Shown here piece after piece: positions 1 to 12,410 of a stretch of DNA of 64,000 nt. A program made the position numbers and the translations under genes. The stretch is taken from the NCBI RefSeq assembly GCF_036321535.1, contig NC_087436.1, positions 61,320,001 through 61,384,000 of the forward strand, in the 5' to 3' direction. The stretch is from Camelus dromedarius. Its lineage: Eukaryota. The notes beneath the pieces are model-generated. The model saw only the letters and a program-made list of their open reading frames with translations. It did not search any database and was not told the origin of the DNA. The stretch's first letter is position 1. The number at the start of each line of letters is the position of its first letter.

Positions 1-289
1 CCATAATAAAGAAACTTTTTACCCCTAAAGAATCTGAATGACACACCCCTTACACAAATAAATTGTTCATTTATCATTTTGAAGACTATTTTGAAGTCAA
101 GGTTATTGTATGTTGCCCTCTTGTAGCAGAGCAGAGTGACTTGTATTACTCATTTTCATATGTTCAGCCTTCCAATCTAGTCACTCCAAACTATCACACT
201 GATCTGTTAGAAATATCAATTAGGTAATTTCATGACTATGGTTAAAACTCTTTGTAGACTTCCTGTTCTCTGTCCCTGACATCTTTATA

Positions 290-480
290 CATTTGCTTCA
301 GGGCACTAATAACAGTCTATAATAATATCACTTACTCATTAGTTTACTTGTTTATTTTATATCTTCTCACCTAGAATGGAGGCTCCATGAACCTTGCTGA
401 TCTTGTTCTCCTTTGTATCCCCATGAGCTAACAGAGGGTTACATGTAGGAGACACTCCATAAATAATTGTGGAGCAAATA
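290..480 (+). mobile_element. L2 LINE 3' end fragment
   Basis: Diverged L2 3' motifs: CACCTAGAATGGAGGCTCCATGA ... TTTGTATCCCCA ... ATAAATAATTGTGGAGCAAATA. Confidence 0.65.
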
Positions 481-569
481 TAGTTCTTTAATGGTTAGCC
501 ACTTTTCGTGACCTAGAGCTACCAAAGTACATAGCCAAAGAAGATAAAGTGATGATAATGGGGGGGGGG

Positions 570-740
570 TCACCATTTATTGAGCACCTACTATATGCCA
601 GGCATTTCAGTAATTTTGTATCTTGGATTTCACAAGGTTGATATTATTTCAATTTTGTAGATGATGAAGGTGAGGTGAGGTGATGGACTCAAAGGCACAG
701 ACCTGGAATAAAACCCACATATTTTTGGTTTCAGAGTTGA
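570..740 (-). mobile_element. MIR SINE fragment
   Basis: CATTTATTGAGCACCTACTATATGCCAGGCA and ATTTTGTAGATGATGAAGGTGAGG match the reverse complement of the MIR tail and core. Confidence 0.7.
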
Positions 741-1894
741 TACTTCTGTTATTCCAGGCATTGTCTTTATTGCATGATCCTTACATTTCCCCTGATTCTG
801 AAGATTGTAGTATTCTTTCCAATATGGGGTGCAGTGACACACAGATAAATGTAGCATATACTTGCATATTTTCTATCCTTACTACAGACATAGATATATT
901 AGGGAAAAATGTATTTTTTTTAATTAATAAAGTAACTATGGTGCTCTCAAAGATTTTTCAAACTGTAAAATATCTTGTAGGCTAGATTAGTGGTAAACCC
1001 TAGGATCCAGAGGGAAGGGCAATTCTCTGCATAGCCAACAGTTTCAGGTACATCCATCCGTGACCTAGCTCCCATTTATCTGGGTTATGGAAACAGAGAA
1101 GGCTGAAGGTAAAGAGTCTAAAGAGGTAATTTCTTAAGAAATGGGAACCATCAAGGCACAAGCATTCCAGTTTGGCTGTTCTTCTGCGGGAGGTAAAGAC
1201 CCAAAATGGAGAGAGACATTCCTCCTACATTCCCCTATTAGAACTTAAGCAGTGCAGCAGTGCAGGGGGAGAGGCACTGCTAGTTGGTGGACAACTGGTG
1301 CCCAGTGGAAGATGCCAAGGGATCCTGCCAGCAGTGGTGGTGCCTGGTGTGTATACTGGCACACAGCAGAAGGGCCTGTGTCCAGCAAAGGTGGCAGTTC
1401 TGGACAGAACTGGTAGCCATTCCTTAGTGATCCGTGCCAGGCAGAAGGGGGAGTGATATCTGGGAGATGCCAAGAGGTATCTGACCAACTGGTTTTGTGC
1501 ATGAACCAATGTGCGAAAGCCTTGGAGACAGAGAGAGATATATGTAGGAATTTTATAGGGGTTGTATTCTGTGCTAACTGATGACAGCAAGATGATTACT
1601 GAGGATGTGACACACTTTGCACTCCCAGGCTGGGTTAGCTTGTTCTAGGGCATGAAGAATACTCCTGTCTCATAGGACAGTAGTGAGGACTGAAGGATAT
1701 ATGAAATATTGCTTAATGCCTGGCATATAGTAGGTGATTAACATGGTTAATCTCCTCCCCCACCCTTACTGTGGTCTGTTAGAAATACAGACTACCAAAG
1801 GTATTGTGTCATTGTGGTATTCCTACTTAAAGGTACTTTTTAGGAAGAGTGTAACAATTTGACATTCTATTGAGAACATTAAAATAAAATACCA

Positions 1895-2100
1895 ATTCTG
1901 AATGTACCAGGGGCCATTGTAAGTTCTTTATATGTGCAAATGTATTTAATCTTATTAGGTGTATACTTTTACTGTCTCCATTTTATAGAAGAGGAACAGA
2001 AGTGCTAAGAGGTTAGGTAACTCACCGAAGATTTTACAGTTAGCAACTGGAAGAGTTAGAATGCACATCTGGGCAGTGACCGTGTGCTTTACTACATTTA
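1895..2100 (-). mobile_element. MIR SINE
   Basis: CTCCATTTTATAGAAGAGGAACAGAAGTGCTAAGAGGTTAGGTAACTCACC is the antisense MIR core. Confidence 0.7.
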
Positions 2101-2184
2101 CTGCTTGTTTATATCAAGTATGTTCGGGTAATAAAGAAAACATTGAGTGCTTTCTGTAGGCAAGGCACTGTGCTGGGTGCTGCA

Positions 2185-2275
2185 AGCTGTGTCATACGGC
2201 CCCCAGGGGGTGCCACTCACCATGCTCTAGGTTAATGCAGTGCATAGTCTGGGCAGCTGTACACGGCAGCCCTAG
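2185..2275. mobile_element. MER91-like hAT MITE fragment
   Basis: GGGGTGCCACTCAC...TGCAGTGCATAGTCTGGGCAGCTGTACACGGCAGCCCT resembles the MER91 terminus. Confidence 0.55.
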
Positions 2276-3319
2276 AGTATCCAAGATGTGTTACTTTCCC
2301 TGAATCAAGGCATTCTATGAAAGTGCCATTATAGAGAGCAAAAAATGCCAAAGGAGCAGAGAGGACTGAGAGATTAATTTTGAGTCTTTTATCTATTTAA
2401 AAGGCATAGAGATATAAGATAAATTTGTAGGTAAACAGTTTCAAACTCATAGATTGTCCTTCATGGGGACCAATGACAGACATGTCTCTAAGACTTTAGT
2501 ACCTGAAAACATCACTTTTCTGGGCAACAGGTATTGCTTTATTTCACGTGGAGTGTATTTCTTTAGTAGATTAAGTTATCTTTTTGTTTCGGTATATAGA
2601 AGCTTAGAACTGAACTGAGGTTCCAGTTATCATAATTGTGTGTGATCTTGTGGTGTATGTTCTAGTCAGCTAGTTTTCTGTCTGATCTCTTTTATCTTTG
2701 CTGTGATTTCCTTTAAATATTTACACTTCTACATCTAATTGCATGCATTCTTGCTGGTTGACTCCAATCTTTGGTCATGGGGTAGAGTCAGTGAGTGTGA
2801 TGTTATTCTCCCTTACAGGGGCATCAAGCAGGCCCTCATGTGCAGTACCAGTTCACTATACAGAATGACCAAGCACAACAACTTAAGCCCCAGTGTTTGA
2901 TGTAAATGACTCTTGGCTATTTCAGAAGGAAGAATGTTTTTCTGCTCTTTGTAGAAGTGTTGCTGTTCTTGTGGCTGATTGATTGATTATATGATGACAG
3001 TCCAGCTGTAAAGACTATCATTTTGACACATTTAATATTACGTTTGGTCCACTGAGGTCTGGCTTGATTTTGATAAACACTTAGGTGAAAGGGAAAGTCT
3101 GTCTCCTGATAGGGCAGCCATGGAAGTCTATGGAAACAAGAAAGCAGGTGGTCTTAGTGAAGTAAAGATCAAGAGAACTGCATACAGTTCCCACAGGTCT
3201 AATCTGTTCCTTTTATGTGCCATGAGGTACCACATTTAACATCTGCCAGGGGTGGGACTTGATATCTATTTCTGTTGGAGAGGAAAGGAAAAATAAGAAA
3301 AAAATGTTCCAGGAGATTT

Positions 3320-3490
3320 CCATCTCGTTTAGTCTTTACAACAACCCTGAAAGATAATCATTTCTAAAATGTTTATCTGTTACATGGAGGTAATACAGCT
3401 TCAGAGAAGTTCAGGACCTTGCCCAAGGTCACAAAGTTGGACTGTAAAAAAGCTGGGATTAGGAATTGGGTGGGTTTGACCCTAAACATG
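3320..3490 (-). mobile_element. MIR SINE
   Basis: TTTACAACAACCCTGAAAG...CTTCAGAGAAGTTCAGGACCTTGCCCAAGGTCACA, antisense MIR core. Confidence 0.7.
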
Positions 3491-4270
3491 ATCACCCAAC
3501 TCTTTCAGCTTGCAGTGTGGTGCTTGCTTTTCTAACAGCAGGTCAGGATTGTTAACTGTGATACCTTAGCTTACTGAAGCCATTAATAAAGAGGGAAATC
3601 ACAGTGCCTCCAAGAGGGAGAAGTACCTCTGCAGTCCTGTCTGACTGTACAGTTTGTGTGTAGGAAGGCAACAAATCCCTTTGAATCCCAAACTGTTTGT
3701 CAGGCTCTGAAGGGTCTTTGAGGTGACTTGTATATTGATTGACTAGGGTTGCAGGTGTGGTGTTGTGTGACCATCACAGACCACAGCTGCCATTAGTGCT
3801 GCTGGAACAGCCTATTCAGACAAAGAAAATCATTATCCATTGCTCATCACAGAGGAAACTGCCTTTGCTCTGTGCTGCCTTCTTCTGGTTGGGTTGGGTT
3901 AGGAACTCATCAAACCAGAGACATAAATAGGATGTGATTTTTTTTTTTCTGATTTAGTGTTAATAATTCAGGAGTTCTGGGCATTATATGTTTTAAAAAT
4001 CCAAAGTGTGCAAAAAGTGTATAGTTTTATTTTCTTAAGATGTAGCCCATGTACTGCTAGACCTCTGAGAAAGCAGAGGGCTTAACTACTATTACTGACC
4101 TTGGCCTCTTAAAATCCTCTGTGGCCACTATGGATAAAAGAGAGTCAGTATCTTCCATTCTGGATCAGAATCTTCTCTGGAAGTCTTAGAGGGCACCTTG
4201 ATGTTTCCATGGCCTCAATTTGCAGCATGGTGTGAGAAAAACCTCTGCATGTCATGGGGACAGGGACTAG

Positions 4271-4320
4271 ATAAACAATGCAAGCAGTGTGTTTACAGAT
4301 ATGCAAATAAGCATGCAAAT
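4271..4320. promoter_or_regulatory. Candidate enhancer: FOX/SOX sites plus tandem octamer motifs
   Basis: ATAAACAATG (FOX/SOX overlap, 4271-4280), TGTTTAC (4289-4295), ATGCAAAT at 4301-4308 and 4313-4320. Motif match only. Confidence 0.4.
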
Positions 4321-6859
4321 TAGACTCCTGTTGGCTTCATTTAGAATGTAATTTAAAATTAATTAAAAATTAAGAGGTAAATTAGAAGCTAACATTCAAC
4401 ACCATATGGGAAGATACACATATTTATCAGAATGGCATATATATGTATACTGCATGGATAGGAGCTAGTTGTGATGTGTGCAGAATTCCTCTATTTTGAT
4501 ATTGCATAAAATCCTTGTAGGGAAATCCAATATGTTGTAAGATTATTTTTTAGTGCTCTATGAATTAAAATTCACTTTAACGTAAGGATTAAATGAATAC
4601 ATTTCAAATGCATTAAATTCTCTGTAAACTTACACTAAAGGACACAGAGTTTTGCAGTTGGAAAGTGAAATGATAAATCAGGTACAGTTTACCTCCATAT
4701 GCTATAAAATATTTGTGAAACTCATTTTTCTCAAATGGGGTCATTGAGCACAGTCACCCTGCCAGGCCTTTTGCATATTGTTAATATGCGATCTATGCTT
4801 GGAAAGTAATGATTTCCTCTCTCAGCCACTCAAGAGTTCTGGGTGATTAATGAGTTAATGGCTGCATCCACACAAGGCCAAAACAACTCATTGAAAAGTG
4901 AAAAATTCAATCACTCCACTGGCTGTTTTGTCTACAAAACAACCAAACAACCTCTGTGATTGATTTTCTTTTCACTGAATTGATTTGCTATTTTTTGGCA
5001 ACTTCGTTGAATTAACCAGTTGTTTGATACAACCAGAGTGTGGACCAACTCCTTATGTGAGTATTGTAAAACAATTCTATGTCAACCTTTCTACCATCCA
5101 TAAAAATAGATTATAAGTAAGGATTGAACTTACAGTACCTGTGTAAGAAAATCAGAATTTTTCCATACTTTGACTATCTTGGATGAAATACTTAATTGTA
5201 TCAAAATGATAGGTTTTAATGTAATGACAAGTAATACAAAGGGCAACTTATTTTTTGAAAACTTCACAGAGACAAAGGGATTTGAAGTCAACCAGAATAA
5301 AATGACCGTAGAGTATATGTCTTAAAGAAATGAAAAATTAACAATAGTGACAACAAAAAAGTAACAACAAAACTCCTACAAAGACTGAAGGAGATTTCAG
5401 AAGACAGTGCAACTAGTGAGCAAATTAGGAATTTGGAAGCATATTCTGAGAGCTAGAATGGTCAGTGTTGAATTTGGTAAATAGGTGTGACAGTGAAAAA
5501 AAAGATTCAAGAAAGAAATGTGTGCTCTTGGCTGGTATACAGATGTATACACTGTCCTAATAAAATTGGACATTGAATAAAAATAGTTTCTTGTATTCAT
5601 TTATCTCTGTTAATGTTGATTGCTTCATTTTTAATAATGAAGCTGGCAGGCTCTGGGTAATGTGATAGAAATACTATTCTTTAAAATGTTGGAGTGGAGA
5701 GCAGGGTAAAACACACCTGTTAAGGAGTCAATTAACATTTGGAAAGGAAAGAAAGTTATATTGTAGGAAGCTTTGCTTGTGATTTGTCCTAATTTAAAGG
5801 TGCAGCAGGTGTGCAAAGAGGAAAGGAAAGTTCTCATTGTTATTTCCTGCAATTGAATGCAAAGAATCACATTTAAAGAAGAGAGAAATTTATTGAAGCT
5901 AATGGCACTACAGAGTAGAAATGAGCCTTGGCAATCACTTACTCCAGCCCTTCTTAATTTAAAGATGAATCTACTGAGGCTCCTAAGTGTGAGAAGACCC
6001 GCTCAAGGTCATAAGACACTTTCAAGGTCATGTGGCTAGTTTGTGCTGGAGGCAGAAGAGGTTTCCAGATTCCTTGACTGTCAGGCTAGGAAATAGTCCC
6101 TGTGAGTATGTCAGAGATGAACGAATAAGGTACAGGTTTTAAAAGTTGGAAGACAAGGTATGAATTCATTTCAAGAACTGCATTTGAATAGAGGTTGCAG
6201 TAGATGGAAGGGCTCACACTGAGACCTAAGAAAGTTGAAGCCAGCCCAGAGTCCCCTTTCTGGGTTGCAAGAGTTAAGGTCACAAGGAGTTGTAAGGTGG
6301 GCCTTCCAGGTTCCAGGAGAGTCAATGGTCCTGGAGGAGGTCTACCAGCTGATTCGAGAAGAGACACAGAGGAATAGAGAAGGGAAGGTTGAGATGAACT
6401 TCTGGGTTTGGAATTTCTGGCAATGCTGGAGCCAGTCTCAAAGCAGTGTAAGAGAATTCTCATTTTCCAAGAAAAGAGAATTGTAAGAGAGAAATTTTTT
6501 AAAAAGCTAGTGCTATAAGGGCTATGGTGCTGTAGTGCAGAGGGTAAAGGTAACATCAAAAAGGATCATGTTCAGGTGAAGCCGGGCAGTGATGAGGAAG
6601 CCCAAACTGGGGAGAGTTCTGGAAGAACCTGTGATAGACAGATGTGGAAAGGTCAAATGTGCATTTGACTCAAAGGCATTTTAACACAGTGTCTGTATAA
6701 CTGTGATGCTTGTCTGAGGAAAATTGACAGCTTGTCACTGGACATTGCAATTCTCTTGTGGCATGTTCATTCATATTTAGTAGACATGGCTGAGGTATTT
6801 GCCCACCATCAGCCTGAACCAACGGCAAACTAAAACAAGATCTCTAATAAGAGATCTGA

Positions 6860-7565
6860 ATTGTGGGCCACAGGCTTACAGGGGTCATGAAGTCCTAGAT
6901 TTTCATAGGATCACGACGTGGCTTATATATTAATAGGAAGAGTAATCAAAGTTAGTAAAGGCATGGTAGGCTGAGGAAGGGGTTGAAGATGGGGGCTAGT
7001 AGAGCAATTCACTTAGACTTTCTGTTCCTAGAGAGAGTAGAGGTAGGACAGAAGAGAGAAACAAGTGAGGTGGTCAGTCAGGTATTTTCTCTCTCTCTCT
7101 TTTTTTTTTTTTGACCTAGAGTAGGAAGGACACCCAGTAAGAATAGCTGGTTTTTGTTTTGAGACTCTGAAAGGGCCAGCACCAACATGGGATAGTCATA
7201 GTTAAGAGGGGGGAGAATCTCTTGAGGTTGGCACTCGTGAGGGTCTCTCATTTCCCGTTAATTAGGATGCTGAGTCTGGAGCTAACAGGGCTGGTGTGAC
7301 AGCAGCAGGACACTTAAGCTGCCTTACTCCCCTACCCCTCTCATTGCCACCATAGGGAGAGAAGCAGCAGGAGGGGAAGGCTGTTTGAAAGATGGAGTGA
7401 TTTTATTCAGGAGAGACTGAGTATTCCCTAAAGCGGTGGTTTAAATTATTGGATCAGACTAAATTTAAACCAGGTTAGACATTTAGTTAATTTATTTTTC
7501 TCTAACCAGCAGGTGGAAGTTTGGAGGAAGACAAGATTGTAGACAAAATAAAGGCAGTACATTTT
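6860..7565 (+). mobile_element. Ancient Gypsy-type LTR (MamGypLTR-like) relic
   Basis: GAGAGACTGAGTATTCCCTAAAG...GGTTTAAATTATTGGATCAGACTAA...CCAGCAGGTGG...AAAATAAAGGCAGTACATTT resembles MamGypLTR 3' halves; AATAAA near 7547. The 5' boundary is uncertain. Confidence 0.5.
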
Positions 7566-9186
7566 CTCTGATAAAAAAAGTCTCTTAACATTTTCATATC
7601 CTGTTGGTTTTCGAGGAAACATAGAAATCCTTTGTAAGAAGTAATCTCAAAATTGACATGATGGATTAAAGATGGGAAGACATGTTCTGGAATGCCTAAT
7701 TGCAACATTAGTCTATGTCTGCACACATAGATCAACATGGCTATTGAAAAGTTTTTTTCTTTTTTTTTTTTTAAAGCAGTTGAATTCAGCAAGTCAATTA
7801 TTTTTTGCTCAATATGACAATATTTGAATTGAGTGAATTTCTTTTGCCCTTTCTTTTGTAGGTCTATGTTCACAATCTTAATATCAGAGTGAAAATTTTC
7901 TCACAGAAACTTTCTGTTGTCTTGTAATGAGTCAGATTTAAGGCATTATTCTATCTGGAAATATCGGAGGTGGGGGAAAGTGAGAGATTTCATGTGATAG
8001 GCCTAAGTCCAGTCCAATCACACTAAGGTTGACTGCTCCCTTACTCTGTGGAGGGCACGTGACAGGCATTGAAGGTGAAAACGGACATCAGGGAGGAGGA
8101 ATGCCATGAAGAAATAAAAGACATAGGGAATCGTTTTGATTGGAGGAGCCAGGAGGGCTTCATAGAGGAGATGGCCTTTGTGCTGGGCCTTGAAGAAAGA
8201 CTTCCATAGATGAAGATTTTTCATGGGATAGGCATTTGAGCTGCAGATACATGAATAAAGGAGCAAAAATAAGGAAATGCCCAGTGGGTCTGTGGTGAGT
8301 GCAGTAGTCTGGCGTGCCTAGAGAGAGATGACTTGGTGGTCTCTAGTGGAGGTAGAGGAATGGACGTGGGGTGGGGTGAGGGTGAGCCGGAATGGGGCGG
8401 GGCCATCAGGAGATAGTATTAGAGAGGAAGGCTGGAGCTGGGGAGTGAGGGTGATTGAGTAACAAGGCCAGCATGGCCTACCTGCTCTGACACTGCCTAG
8501 TTTTGGTAGATGTCATTGTCTCTGTGACTGGGGCGGAACTAGAAGAATCAGAGCTTGTCATTTTCTGGCACCTGCCATGTCAAACTAGGTACTTTAGGGC
8601 TGTGCTGCTCGAGTGACTGTTTTGATGGGCTCCGTTGGATTGGACTGACTAAAGCTCTTGGACGTTGTCAGTTCTACAGAGGAGAGTTACCATTCAGACA
8701 CCATGGGCAGCAGCAGCCGTTGGCCAGAGTATCAAAAGAAACAAGGGAAGACTCAGTAAAAAGGAAATGCAGCCAATACCAAGAGCTCCAGTTTCTATAC
8801 TGGATAATGAATTAAGGTGGCAAAATCTCAAAATAAACCCAAACCCTAATTTATTCATGAGGTTCAAGCAAAGCAGCAAACTCTTGTGGGTATATTATAA
8901 AATCTCTCTGTAGGCTGGTATTTTTAATTTGTTATTGGAGTGTAACACCTGTGTTGATTCATTCTTACTCAAATTCCTGAGATAATTAGTTTCATAGAAT
9001 TTTGCTAGGTTGGCATATTTCCCTTGCTCTCATCTGTCCTGGGAATATCGAAACTAAAAGACAGGTACTCTTATCACAGAGTTATATTAATAAATTTAAT
9101 TAACATAAAACAATATTAATCCAACGGCTGGCACCTGAGGCCCGAGAGCTTTTCCTTCTCTCAGGCTAATCTTGTATCTGCCGGCG

Positions 9187-9960
9187 TTTTTTTTTTTTTT
9201 TTTTTAGTCAGGTTTGAGGTATAATTTACATAAAGTAAAATCTCCCCTTTTTAGTGTTCTGAGTTTTGACAAATGTATACAGTTGTGTAATTATCATAGT
9301 TAAGATGGCGAATATTTCTGTTACCCCCAGATTTTCTTGTGCCCCTTACTAGTCAATCCCCTTCCCTCACTCTAGCCTCTGGCAACTACTAATTCCTGTT
9401 ACTACAGTTTTGCCTTTTCCTTAATGTCTTTTGAGTGTGGCTGCTTCCACTGAGCATAATCTGCTTTCTAGACTCATCCATGTTATTGAGTGTATCATTT
9501 TATTCTTTTTTACTGCTGAGTATGTTGTATGGATGTGCTTGAATTTGTTTGTTCAGTTACCATTTAATGAACATTTGGGTTGTTTCTAGTATCTGGTGGT
9601 TATGATGAAATTTGCTCTAAAAGTTCACGTGCAGGTTTTTGTGTGGATATATGCATCCATTTTCTTGATGATCTAGAGGTGGGTCATATGGATAAGCATG
9701 TGTTAAACTTTAACTTCCAAACTCTTTTTGAAAGTAATGGTCCCCTTTTGCATTCCTACCAGCAATGTATGTGAATTCTAGCTGCTCCACATTCTCACCA
9801 GAACTTTGTAATTCCAATTTTTTTTTATTTTAGTCATTCTTATAGGTGTGTAGTAGTATCACATTGTAGATTTAATGTATGTTTCCTTAATGAGTAATGA
9901 TGTTGAGAATATTTTCATGGGCTTATATTCCATCCATACTTTTTCTTTGGAGAAGTGACT
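9187..9960 (-). mobile_element. L1 (L1MB/L1MA-like) 3' end: poly(A), 3' UTR and ORF2 C-terminus
   Basis: Poly-T 9187-9205, then GAGGTATAATTTACATAAAGTAAAA (antisense L1M 3' UTR). The right end translates on the minus strand as SHFSKE, matching ORF2 RHFSKE. Confidence 0.9.
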
Positions 9961-10477
9961 GGCATTGGCAAAAGAACAGGCACATAGATCAATGGAACAG
10001 AAGAGGCAGTCCAGAAATAGCCCACCTGTATATGGTCCATTGATTTTCTACAGAGGTGCCAAGGTAATTCAATGCAGAAAGGATAGTTTTTTCAAGTGGT
10101 GCTGAGACAATTGGACATCAGTGTGCAAAAGAATGAACTTAGACTCATACCTAACACCACAAACAAAAATTAGTTTAAGATAGTTCACAGACATAAATGT
10201 GAAACCAACACTATACAAATGCAAGAAGAAAACATAGAAGAACATGTTCATGATGGTGGGTTAAACAAAGTATTCTTTGATAGAACACAAAAAGCATGGA
10301 TCATAAAGGAAAAAAGTTCTTAAATTGGACTCCACAAACTTAAAAGCTTCTGCTCTTCCAAAGCTACTTACTATTAAGAAAATGAAAAGACAAATCACAG
10401 ACTGGGAAAAATATTTACTAAGTATGTATCCAATAAAGGACTTAGATCTAGAATATATAAAGAACTCACAACTCAAT
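9961..10477 (+). mobile_element. Inverted L1 ORF2 segment belonging to the same insertion
   Basis: Translates WHWQKNRHIDQWNRRGSPEI ... MKRQITDWEKY ... RIYKEL, matching degenerate L1 ORF2 (WYWYQNRDIDQWNR...RQPTEWEK...RIYNEL). Confidence 0.9.
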
Positions 10478-10644
10478 GACCTTGCTGGTCTGCTCTCCTC
10501 AGTCTACAATGTTCCAGTGCCTCCACACATGAACTTTCCTGGACTGCATAACTCATCACCTTTTCTTTTCACTCACCAGCTTTTTTCTCCCTTTCTCTCT
10601 CTTTCCCTCCCCCATTTTCTCTCTTTCTCTCCCCCTTCCCTTTT

Positions 10645-10684
10645 GATCGATCGATCGATCGATCGATCGATCGATCTATCTATC
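10645..10684. repeat. (GATC)8(TATC)2 microsatellite
   Basis: Counted directly. Confidence 0.97.
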
Positions 10685-11384
10685 CCAACAGAAAGAGCTC
10701 TAATAGCTTTCTGGCACAGTGAGTAAAGAATGTTTTCTTATATTGTGAATTTTTTTAGTATAACCAAGATTTTGTGTTGAGCTTCAGTTTGGGGGCTGAG
10801 TGAGAAGGGGACTCTGTGAGAAGGTAGGACTCTTAATGCACCCCAGTTATTTGATTAGACCCAGAACTGATGTGACCAGAACAGGGGTACTAAAACCCAA
10901 CCTTTCAGATTAGTATACTTTATTTTCTCTCACTGACAAGCTCTCTTCATGTCTTTATGGGAAGGATGAAGGGAAGAATTGGCAAAGACATATGACCAAC
11001 AGTTGCAGGGGATTTCAGGCTGCAACTCTGAGTTCTTTTTGAAGCACCTCCTAGGATGGAGTGGTGGGGTTGTTCAGGGAATGCCCCCACCTGTCCCTCC
11101 TGCGACAAGGGTGAGCAGGGAAGCAAAAAAAGACTGAAGCAGAGCTGGGGGCAGAGCTGGGCCTAGGAGCATACTTCTTGGTGAACCATCCTATTTGCAG
11201 GAGAGAAGTGGTTTTACACAACTGGCAGAACTCACTCCTAACAATTTTTTGGCTCCCTGTTTTAGTTGCTCAGAATGAGGGCTCTGCCCCAACCCTTTTT
11301 TAAAGCAAGAACTAGTCAAGAGCTATGATTCTTTCCCCAACCACTCTCAGAGCAAAAGCCTAGCAAAGAGCTTTGGAGCTGACT

Positions 11385-11491
11385 GAAAATAAATATATGT
11401 ATGTATATGCATAACTGGGACATTGTGCTGTACACCAGAAATTGACACATTGTAACTGATGGTACTTCAATTAAAAAAAGAAAGAAAAAAA
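11385..11491 (+). mobile_element. Short, heavily 5'-truncated young L1 3' end (camelid type)
   Basis: TATATGTATGTATATGCATAACTGGGACATTGTGCTGTACACCAGAAATTGACACATTGTAACTGA..TACTTCAATT followed by an A-rich tail. Confidence 0.85.
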
Positions 11492-12269
11492 TTGTAATAT
11501 ATACTTCACACACGTTAGAGGAGTGTGTGAGAGAGGAGAGGGCATTACTTGGTGTTCAGGCAGGGACACAGACTCTATAACAACAGCTTCTAATCACACG
11601 TCAGTATCTCAGGAGCTTAGCCACTGATAGAGGCTTAGCCTGATTATAGATTTTCCTCCTCAGCAATTAGAAATGTCCCAGAGATTCAGCTGGCTTGTCT
11701 CTGCAGCCCATTGTAAAGGTTCTTTGCTCTATGTTTCATTGCTAACTGCCTTTTGTACTGAATTTCAGATAGAGTTGATGTGTGTGTGTGCGTGTGTGTG
11801 TATGAGAGTGAGAAATGCTTTCATCTGAGACCTTTATTGGTATGGATCCCCTTATTTGGGATTAGTCTTTGAACTATAGAACAGAGATTCCAATTTTTTT
11901 TTAGTTGAGGTTTTTTTGTTTGTTTTTTTGTTTTTAAATTAAAATCTTCCTTCAGTCTTCACCTGCTAACTATCACATTTCTGGTATCTGTTAATTAAGA
12001 AAATACAAAATGGTATCATGACCTCAGTATAGTGGTAAAGGATTAAAAACAATAATACCAGCAATTAAAAGTAGTGGTGTGGAGATGCATGAGGCAAGAT
12101 TGCAGATTTTTTGCTCTAACTCCAAGGACCCTCAGGTGGGGTAAACCCATGGGCTGTAGAAAATGGATGGGCTGGCGTGTCATTCTTACTGTATTTTATT
12201 TTTTCCTTTCTCCATTTATTTCTTTTGGAGCACTTACACTGCTGGCTGAGAGTACAAAATAAAGGTCAT

Positions 12270-12410
12270 GGATCATAACATGTCTCAGCTGGAAGGAATC
12301 TCAGGCATCCTTTAGCCCAGGCACCTCATTTTACGGATGAGGAAACTGAGTCCAAGAGTGGGAAGGTGCCCTGCCCGATTGCAGGCAGTAATCTTGTGAT
12401 GGAGTTAGGA
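12270..12410 (-). mobile_element. MIR/MIR3 SINE
   Basis: GCTGGAAGGAATCTCAGG...CCTCATTTTACGGATGAGGAAACTGAGTCCAAGAG. Confidence 0.75.

Noticed and set aside
1040..1620. GC-richer block with overlapping ORFs as an exon or retrogene
   Set aside because: No recognisable homology, poly(A) tail or TSD. It is more likely an ancient LTR relic that I cannot assign.
7835..7930. Strong acceptor TTTCTTTTGCCCTTCTTTTGTAG as an exon start
   Set aside because: No consensus donor follows before a stop in the obvious frame, and such tracts are common in T-rich introns.
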